Positions 10,158 to 18,300 of a stretch of DNA of 64,000 nt are shown piece by piece. Below the pieces are notes generated by a model. That model had not been told where the DNA came from. It ran no database searches and was given only the letters and a program-made list of their open reading frames with translations. How positions within the stretch are numbered: position 1 is the stretch's first letter; each line of letters starts with the position of its first letter. This stretch comes from Eledone cirrhosa (taxonomy: Eukaryota). The DNA lies in the NCBI GenBank assembly GCA_964016885.1, contig OZ024750.1:40982001-41046000 (forward strand), given 5' to 3'. Position numbers and translations under genes: made by a program.

Positions 10158-13100
10158 TCATCATCATCATCATCATCAACGTTTAACGTCCGTGTTCCAC
10201 GCTTGCATGGGTTTGGACGGGGGTAGTCCCACTTGAGGCAAGAGTGATTGTCTTGCTCGCATAGGACTGTCTGGCGGGTTTTCTACAGTTGGATGCCCTT
10301 CCTAACACCAACCACATTTACAGTGTGGGTCTGGGAGGTTTTTACCGTGTTGCCTACACGGCCACATTACAGCGTGGACTGTGTGTTTTTTTGTCGTGAC
10401 ACCTACACGATCTCATTTGTTTCGGCCTGGATGGCGCGGCACCAACATAACTTTACATAGAATGGGGTGGTGTGGATGGGGTGGGGGTGGTGGTGGTGGG
10501 ACGGGGTGTATTTTGTTAGAGATGCCTACTGGCAAGGCGGGTCTTCTCTGTTACTGAGTACCGCCAAAGGTCTCGGTCCAGTGACATTGTCTTGGAGAGG
10601 TGTAAGTGTGTGAGGTCGGAGTTTATCAGCTCGTCCCAGGTTTTTCTAGGTCTGCCTATTCCGTGGCTACCGTCTATCTTTATTGCCCTGCACTTTGTTA
10701 TACAGCTATCGACTTTCATGCGCATCACGTGTCCATACCAACGTAGCCTTCTCTCGAGTAAACAACATCTGATCCCTCTTATCTCTAATTTTTTCCTTAG
10801 TTCGTTTATGCTTTGCCGTTCACGTATATTACTGTTACACATCCAGCGGAGCATGCAAGCTTCGTTCCTCTCTAGTCTGCGTATATCCTCTGCACACAAT
10901 GCCCAGGTCTCACTGCCATGCAACATTGCTGTTCGTATGCAGGCATCGTACAACCTGCCTTTCATTTTTAGGGAGAACCCTTTAGCAGCTAATAGTGGTA
11001 TAAGCTCTCTGAACTTTTTCCAACCAGTTCTGGCTCTAGCTACAGTACTTTCAGAGCACCCTCCCCCACTGCTGATTTTATCGCCCAGGTAACGGAAGCT
11101 GTCCACTATTTCTATAGAACCCTCTGCGCAATTGAAAGAGCTAGTATTTTGTGGGCACTTGCTGCTACTTATTGCACCAGAACACCGGCCAGATGTAAAA
11201 TCTATGTTCTTAGTTAGCTTACCTGTGATCCCACTACATCTTTTATGCACCCATACTTTGCATTTAGGACATAAAATGGAGTTTCTACCTACGCCTTTCC
11301 TACACACCGAGCACGACCATTTCCCAGAAGGGACCGCCGCCTTGTTTTCTTTCCTACAAACTAGAACTTTGGTCTTAGCCAGGTTAATTTTAAGTCCTTT
11401 TGACTCTAGGCCGTGCTTCCATGTTTGGAATTTCTTCTCTAGCTCGGCCATTGATTCCGCTATGAGTGTCAGGTCGTCTGCGTATAGGAGTTCCCATGGG
11501 CAGCCTGTCTTGAACTCCTCTGTTATAGCCTGAAGGGCAATAATAAATAGTAGGGGGCTGAGAACAGAGCCCTGATGGACGCCAGCTTTTACGCTAAACT
11601 CTTCACTATATTCGTTGTTAATTCTAACCTTGCTGACTGTTTCTTTATACATGGCTTGTATAGCTCTCACAAGCCATTCGTCAACGCCTAGTTTTCTAAG
11701 AGCCCACCAGATAATGGAGCGGGGGACTCTGTCGAAGGCTTTCTCCAAGTCGACAAAAGCTAAGTAGAGGGGTTTACCTTTAGCTAGGTACTTCTCCTGT
11801 AGTTGTCGTACTATGAAAAGAGCGTCTGTGGTACTTTTGCCTGACACAAACCCGAACTGCATTTCATCTAGGTCAATTCTCTCTCTGATTAGTTGCGCTA
11901 TTACTTTTTCCGTGACCTTCATGACCTGGTCGATTAATTTAATGCCTCTATAGTTACTCCTATCTAGGTCGTCTCCTTTACCCTTATAACAGTTAACGAT
12001 GATGCTGCTATGCCAGTCCTTCGGAACAACCCCATTCTGTACGACTTGGTTAACTATGCGGGTGACCATGGTGTGTCCCACCGTGCCAGATGCCTTCAGC
12101 ATCTCAGCAACTATTTCCGAAGGCCCAGCCGCCTTACCCGTCTTCATATCCTTGATTGCCTTACTTATTATACTCCCCTCGACTAACACTGCTGGTCCCT
12201 CTATTGGGTCGATATGGGGGAGACTGTCTTTCTCCCATTTATTCTCCTCATTTAGTAGCCTTTCATAGTGACACTTCCAAGCTACCTTCTTATCAGCGTC
12301 GGTGATGGCAAGTATGCCATCATCGTTAAGTACACACTTCTCCCCGACAATATCACGGTTTTCCTTGACGCATTGCCTAGCAATCCTGAACACCTCACGT
12401 TTTTGGTCATCGCGTTGTAGAACATGCTTGAACTTTCTTTCCTCAGCTTCCCTTCTTGCTAAGTACACTTCTCTCCTAGCTTCCCTCCTGGCCACTTGAT
12501 AGTCTACTCTACTTCCCCCATCCCGCCATACTTTCCAAGCCTGCTTTTTGGCCTTAATTGACCCCTCCACCTTACTGTTCCACCACCATGTTACTCTCCT
12601 CCTGCCTACAGGCCTGCTCCAGCCACAGACTTCCTCTGTCGCCAACAGCAGGTTTGCTTTCAGAAATTCCCACTGTCCCTCTATATTGTCCGACTCTAAA
12701 TGTTCTTCCTTACTGTCGAAAGCATCAAGTAATATGCTTTGAAATTTATTTCTGGCTGTGGGGTCCTTTAGCTTCCATATTTTTCTCCTGAGGATAGTCC
12801 TCTTCTGCTGTCGAGTACGTCTCGTCCTGACTATGAGGTCGCTAATTATCAGTCTATGTTGGGAGGTGCATTCTTCATGGGGGAGGGATTTAGTGTTTAC
12901 AACAGACACTCTGTCACGTCTTCTGGTAAGGATATAATCTACCTGGCTTGTGTGTTCCCCGGATCTATAGGTGATCAGGTGATTGTCACGTTTTTTGAAG
13001 TTAGTGTTACAGATAGTTAGGTTATTTGCATCACAGAATTCCAGGATTCTGGAGCCTTCCTCATTTCTAGTACCAAACCCATAGCCTCCATGGATTTCGT

Positions 13101-13780
13101 CGTAGCCGTCACAATGTTGTCCAACGTGACCATTTAGGTCGCCTGCAATAATTATATAGTCACTGTCAGATATTTGGGAGGTAGTTAGCATCAGTGTCTC
13201 ATAGAATCTGTCTTTTATAGTGCCGGGCAGTCCGGATTGGGGTGCGTACGCAGATATTACTGTCACCGTAGTTCTATTGAGGACAAGTCGTATTTTAATT
13301 ATTCTGTCGTTCACTCTATTTACGTCTATTATCTTATCTGCCCACTTTTCTGCTACCATGATTCCTACTCCACCCAGCCCATCGTCGTTTCCCACCCAGA
13401 AAAGCTTATAACATCGTTTTTTACCCTCAATGAATCTAGCAGACCCACCCCTCCACCTGGTCTCTTGAATACAACAAACATCGACCTCCTTACGTTCAAG
13501 CATTTCTACAACCTCGTTAGCGCGACCCTTTAGGGTGCCTACATTTATGGTACCAACTCTGAAGTTTTGGATTGCGTTTGGAGGGTGGGGGCGGTGGGGG
13601 GCGGGGGGAGATGGGGTTATGTTAGCCATCCGCGGACGAAACAAAGAGGAGTGCTCGCATTCTCGTCCACGAGGTGAATTTGACTTTAACTTTGGCATTT
13701 TCGCTCTGAGCGTCCAGATTTTTCTCTCCCTTCCACTCTCCAGGATTCCGCAGTCCATCCATCCATCCATCCATCATATA
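10158..13780 (-). mobile_element. Apparently full-length RTE-clade non-LTR retrotransposon; the 5' end may extend to about 14207 or 14457
   Basis: Single long ORF, a 3'-UTR of about 350 bp ending GGACGTTAAACGT(TGA)n against a (TA)n tract, and (GGAT)n at the 5' side of the ORF (about 13754-13775). Confidence 0.93.
10516..13770 (-). CDS. RTE ORF: AP-like endonuclease, reverse transcriptase and an inserted PHD-like zinc finger
   Basis: 1084 codons without a stop. Endonuclease motifs GTINV, CIQETRW, SAYAP, AGDLNGHVG, QVDYIL, SQHRLI. RT motifs YKGKGD, YRGIKL, QFGF, FVDLEKAFDRVP, GVHQGSVLSPLLF, YADD (11473-11484), YLG. The real start may be the ATG at 13698 or 13629. Confidence 0.93.
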   Translation of the reverse strand: MDGWMDCGILESGRERKIWTLRAKMPKLKSNSPRGRECEHSSLFRPRMANITPSPPAPHRPHPPNAIQNFRVGTINVGTLKGRANEVVEMLERKEVDVCCIQETRWRGGSARFIEGKKRCYKLFWVGNDDGLGGVGIMVAEKWADKIIDVNRVNDRIIKIRLVLNRTTVTVISAYAPQSGLPGTIKDRFYETLMLTTSQISDSDYIIIAGDLNGHVGQHCDGYDEIHGGYGFGTRNEEGSRILEFCDANNLTICNTNFKKRDNHLITYRSGEHTSQVDYILTRRRDRVSVVNTKSLPHEECTSQHRLIISDLIVRTRRTRQQKRTILRRKIWKLKDPTARNKFQSILLDAFDSKEEHLESDNIEGQWEFLKANLLLATEEVCGWSRPVGRRRVTWWWNSKVEGSIKAKKQAWKVWRDGGSRVDYQVARREARREVYLARREAEERKFKHVLQRDDQKREVFRIARQCVKENRDIVGEKCVLNDDGILAITDADKKVAWKCHYERLLNEENKWEKDSLPHIDPIEGPAVLVEGSIISKAIKDMKTGKAAGPSEIVAEMLKASGTVGHTMVTRIVNQVVQNGVVPKDWHSSIIVNCYKGKGDDLDRSNYRGIKLIDQVMKVTEKVIAQLIRERIDLDEMQFGFVSGKSTTDALFIVRQLQEKYLAKGKPLYLAFVDLEKAFDRVPRSIIWWALRKLGVDEWLVRAIQAMYKETVSKVRINNEYSEEFSVKAGVHQGSVLSPLLFIIALQAITEEFKTGCPWELLYADDLTLIAESMAELEKKFQTWKHGLESKGLKINLAKTKVLVCRKENKAAVPSGKWSCSVCRKGVGRNSILCPKCKVWVHKRCSGITGKLTKNIDFTSGRCSGAISSSKCPQNTSSFNCAEGSIEIVDSFRYLGDKISSGGGCSESTVARARTGWKKFRELIPLLAAKGFSLKMKGRLYDACIRTAMLHGSETWALCAEDIRRLERNEACMLRWMCNSNIRERQSINELRKKLEIRGIRCCLLERRLRWYGHVMRMKVDSCITKCRAIKIDGSHGIGRPRKTWDELINSDLTHLHLSKTMSLDRDLWRYSVTEKTRLASRHL

Positions 13781-13812
13781 TCGAAGGCAACCGGGCAAGC
13801 GATAGTATAGGC

Positions 13813-13894
13813 CTCTGGCTTATGATTGGTCCGCGTAATAATAATAATGGTGATGCGTGGGGGGGGGGGCTCTGGCTTATGATTGGTCCACGTA
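13813..13894 (-). promoter_or_regulatory. Duplicated 25-bp motif, each copy with a CCAAT box, upstream of the LINE ORF
   Basis: CTCTGGCTTATGATTGGTCC(G/A)CGTA at 13813 and 13870. The minus strand reads GACCAATCA, which fits the NF-Y consensus. Function is not shown. Confidence 0.35.
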
Positions 13895-14457
13895 TTAAGA
13901 ATGGTGGGACGGGTGTGGGGTAGCTAGCTGGAAGGTTATGAATGTTTAACAAGCGATTAACAAAAAGCAAAACTGCAAGATTTGTTCTGTTCAATACGAC
14001 AAAAACAACCGTATTTAAACATAAATAAATAACAAAAAATACAGATTTCGGATTTTGCGAGATTGGATGTTTGGACTAGGTACGAAATTGAAGCGTGGAG
14101 TAGATAGAAAAATGTGTACGTTACGATTACATGGGTACACCGTAGTAGGAATAATTGAAGCAGCAATGAATTGGCGAAAAGTGAATAAACATGAAGGGGG
14201 ATTTATCTTATATATATATATATGTAGCTAAGAGAGAGAGAGAGGGGAAGGGGAGAGAGAGAGTGGCTGACCGCAGCCCCTCGTGAAGTAGATGGTGGGT
14301 GAAGGGTGTAGAAGCGGGATTTTTGACTTTCGAAGTAGCATAGTATATATATTTAAAGGAATTTATAAGAAGTAGAATGGGAAGGATTTTGTTTGTTTGA
14401 GAATACGATAGAATTAAGGAATTGGAGAATGCGATAGAATTAAGGAATTGAGGATAC

Positions 14458-14514
<57 letters not shown>
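14458..14514. repeat. (TA)n microsatellite
   Basis: Direct observation; further TA tracts at about 14208-14223 and 14840-14885. Confidence 0.95.
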
Positions 14515-14518
<4 letters not shown>

Positions 14519-14835
14519 TTCAAATATTTACAAAATAGATATTCTTGTGATCAATTAAATTTTCTTATACATATTTCAGAGGTACTTGAATCAGGTTCAA
14601 CAGTACGTCCTCATCAGATAAAATAAAATGATACATGACATACCCTAACATGTTAGATGGTTAAGATTTAATCAAGGTAGTGAAATATCTATAATAAAAT
14701 TTAATTGATCACAAGAATATCTATTTTGTTAATATTTGAATTAATATTAATAACTCTGGAAAATATTACTGTAGAGTGCTTCCAATCTACTGTAAAACTC
14801 ATGCTTTTATCTACTCATTGAATCTTGTTTAACGC

Positions 14836-14840
<5 letters not shown>
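14512..14840 (-). mobile_element. Palindromic Penelope-like or retrozyme-like element inserted in (TA)n
   Basis: 67-bp inverted arms at 14512-14578 and 14681-14747 with 3 mismatches, an overlapping hammerhead core, and TA tracts on both sides. Confidence 0.6.
14559..14624 (-). ncRNA. Minimal type I hammerhead ribozyme
   Basis: Minus strand: ATTTTAT-CTGATGA-[stem II GGACGTACTGTTGAA-CCTGA-TTCAAGTACCTCT]-GAAA-TATGTA-TA/AGAAAAT. Both catalytic boxes are intact, stem III is short and near-palindromic, and stem I pairs at 6 of 7 positions. Predicted cleavage between 14566 and 14565. Confidence 0.7.
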
Positions 14841-14884
<44 letters not shown>

Positions 14885-14887
<3 letters not shown>

Positions 14888-15212
14888 TTTCATTTTACGT
14901 CCGCTTTTCCCTGCTTGCAAGGGTGGGATGGGAACTGATTCTGGCTTGATTTCTACAGCTGGATGCCCTTCCTAACACCAACCTCATTTACAGTGAGTGC
15001 TGGGTGCTTTTTTTCCGTGGCACCTCCACGACCACTTTACAGTGGAATGATAGGGACCCCAGTCCTATCATCTCATTTCTACAGCTGAGTAAACTGGAAC
15101 AATGTGAGATAAAGTGTCTTGCTCAAGGAAACAACACATCACCCGGTCTGAGAATTGAACTCACAACCTTTCGATTGCAAGGCCAAAGCTCTAACCACTA
15201 AGCCATGTGCCT
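14885..15212 (-). mobile_element. tRNA-derived SINE, family B, copy 2
   Basis: Reverse complement of 6981-7361 lacking one internal module; A-box TGGCTTAGTGG and B-box GAGTTCAATTC are intact. Confidence 0.88.
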
Positions 15213-15223
15213 TATATATATGT

Positions 15224-15387
15224 ATAAGAGGAATCCGAGGCAGGAGAGAAGACTGCACTGGTATGGACATGTGATGCATGTGGACAATGACTGATGGCTG
15301 AAGAAATGCCAAAAAACCCGCAGTAGAGAACGACAAAGAAAGAGCTGGGCAGAGGTGGTAAGACCTAACCTCAAATTGTTAAGACTG
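15224..15387 (+). pseudogene. Decayed 5'-truncated RTE ORF fragment that seeds the satellite
   Basis: Translates IRGIR / QERRLHWYGHVMHVDND*WLKKCQKTRSRERQRKSWAEVVRPNLKLLRL, collinear with 2590-2970 (QERRLRWYGHVMRMEDDRWVKKCQ…RPRKTWAEVVRTDLRSLKL). It has a CGA>TGA stop at 15292, a frameshift near 15239 and a deletion of about 5 codons. Confidence 0.9.
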
Positions 15388-18300
15388 GCAGAAGTGGTAA
15401 GACCTAACCTCAAATTGTTAAGACTGGCAAAAGTGGTAAGACCTAACCTCAAATTGTTAAGACTGGCAGAAGTGGTAAGACCTAACCTTAAATTGCTAAG
15501 ACTGGCAGAGGTGGTAAGACCTAACCTCAAATTGCTAAGACTGGCAGAGGTGGTAAGACATAACCTCAAATTGCTAAGACTGGCAGAGGTGGTAAGACCA
15601 AACCTCAAATTGCTAAGACTGGCAGAAGTGATAAGACCAAACCTCAAAGTGACAAGACTGGCAGAAGTGATAAAACCTAACCTCAAATTGCTAAGACTGG
15701 CAGAAGTGGTAAGACCTAACCTCAAATTGTTAAGACTGGCAGAGGTCGTAAGACCAAACCTCAAATTGCTAAGACTGGCAGAAGTGATAAGACCAAACCT
15801 CAAATTGCTAAGACTGGCAGAAGTGGTAAGACCTAACCTCAAATTGTTAAGACTGGCAGAAGTGGTAAGACCTAACCTCAAATTGCTAAGACTGGCAGAG
15901 GAGGTAAGACCTAACCTCAAATTGCTAAGACTGGCAGAGGTGGTAAGACCTAACCTCAAATTGCTAAGACCGGCAAAGGTGGTAAGACCTAACCTCAAAT
16001 TGCTAAGACCGGCAAAGGTGGTAAGACCTAACCTCAAATTGCTAAGACTGGCAGAAGTGGTAAGACCTAACCTCAAATTGCTAAGACTGGCAGAAGTGGT
16101 AAGACCTAACCTCAAATTGCTAAGACTGGCTGAAGTGGTAAAACCTAACCTCAAATTGCTAAGACTGGCAGAAGTGGTAAGACCTAACCTCAAATTGCTA
16201 AGACTGACAGAAGTGGTAAGACCTAACCTCAAATTGCTAAGACTGGCAGAGGTGGTAAGACCTAACCTCAAATTGCTAAGACCGGCAAAGGTGGTAAGAC
16301 CTAACCTCAAATTGCTAAGACCGGCAAAGGTGGTAAGACCTAACCTCAAATTACTAAGACTGGCAGAAGTAATAAGAGCTAACCTCAAATTGCTAAGACT
16401 GGCAGATGTGGTAAGACCTAACCTCAAATTGCTAAGACTGGCAGAGGAGGTAAGACCTAACCTCAAATTGCTAAGACTGGCAGAAGTGGTAAGACCTAAC
16501 CTCAAATTGCTAAGACTGGCAGAAGTGGTAAGACCTAACCTCAAATTGCTAAGACTGGCAGAAGTGATAAGAGCTAACCTCAAATTGCTAAGACTGGCAG
16601 ATGTGGTAAGACCTAACCTCAAATTGTTAAGACTGGCAGAAGTGATAAGACCAAATCTCAAATTGCTAAGACTGGCAGAGGTGGTAAGACCAAACCTCAA
16701 ATTGCTAAGACTGGCAGAAGTGGTAAGACCTAACCTCAAATTATTAAGACTGGCAGAAGTGGTAAGACCTAACCTCAAATTGCTAAGACTGGCAGAGGTG
16801 GTAAGACCTAACCTCAAATTGCTAAGACCGGCAAAGGTGGTAAGACCTAACCTCAAATTGCTAAGACCGGCAAAGGTGGTAAGACCTAAGCTCAAATTAC
16901 TAAGACTGGCAGAAGTGATAAGAGCTAACCTCAAATTGCTAAGACTGGCAGATGTGGTAAGACCTAACCTCAAATTGCTAAGACTGGCAGAGGAGGTAAG
17001 ACCTAACCTCAAATTGCTAAGACTGGCAGAAGTGGTAAGACCTAACCTCAAATTGCTAAGCCTGGCAGAAGTGATAAGAGCTAACCTCAAATTGCTAAGA
17101 CTGGCAGATGTGGTAAGACCTAACCTCAAATTGTTAAGACTGGCAGAGGTGATAAGACCAAACCTCAAATTGCTAAGACTGGCAGAGGTGGTTAGACCAA
17201 ACCTCAAATTGCTAAGACTGGCAGAAGTGGTAAGACCTAACCTCAAATTATTAAGACTGGCAGAAGTGGTAAGACCTAACCTCAAATTGCTAAGACTGGC
17301 AGAAGTGGTAAGACCTAACCTCAAATTGCTAAGACTGGCAGAGGTGGTAAGACCTAACCTCAAATTGCTAAGACTGGCAGAAGTGGTAAGACCTAACCTC
17401 AAATTGCTAAGACTGGCAGAGGTGGTAAGACCTAACCTCAAATTGCTAAGACTGGCAGAGTTGGTAAGACCTAACCTCAAATTGCTAAGACTGACAGAAG
17501 TGGTAAGATCTAACCTCAAATTGCTAAGACTGGCAGAGGTGATAAGAGCTAACCTCAAATTGCTAAGACTGGCAGATGTGGGAAGACCTAACCTCAATTT
17601 GCTAAGACTGGCAGAGGAGGTAAGACCTAACCTCAAATTGCTAAGACTGGCAGAAGTGGTAAGACCTAACCTCAAATTGCTAAGACTGGCAGAAGTGGTA
17701 AGACCTAACCTCAAATTGCTAAGACTGGCAGAGGTGGTAAAACCTAACCTCAAATTGCTAAGACTGGCAGAGGTGGTAAGACCTAACCTCAAATTGCTAA
17801 GACTGGCAGAGGTGGTAAGACCTAACCTCAAATTGTTAAGACTGGCAGAAGTGATAAGACCAAACCTCAAATTGCTAAGACTGGCAGAAGTGGTAAGACC
17901 TAACCTCAAATTGTTAAGACTGGCAGAGGTGGTAAGACCTAACCTCAAATTGCTAAGACTGACAGAAGTGGTAAGATCTAACCTCAAATTGCTAAGACTG
18001 GCAGAGGTGATAAGAGCTAACCTCAAATTGCTAAGACTGGCAGATGTGGGAAGACCTAACCTCAATTTGCTAAGACTGGCAGAGGAGGTAAGACCTAACC
18101 TCAAATTGCTAAGACTGGCAGAAGTGGTAAGACCTAACCTCAAATTGCTAAGACTGGCAGAAGTGGTAAGACCTAACCTCAAATTGCTAAGACTGGCAGA
18201 GGTGGTAAGACCTAACCTCAAATTGCTAAGACTGGCAGAGGTGGTAAGACCTAACCTCAAATTGCTAAGACTGGCAGAGGTGGTAAGACCTAACCTCAAA

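Noticed and set aside
10592-13810. Plus-strand ORFs overlapping the LINE
   Set aside because: They are antisense shadows of the RT ORF with no recognisable motifs.
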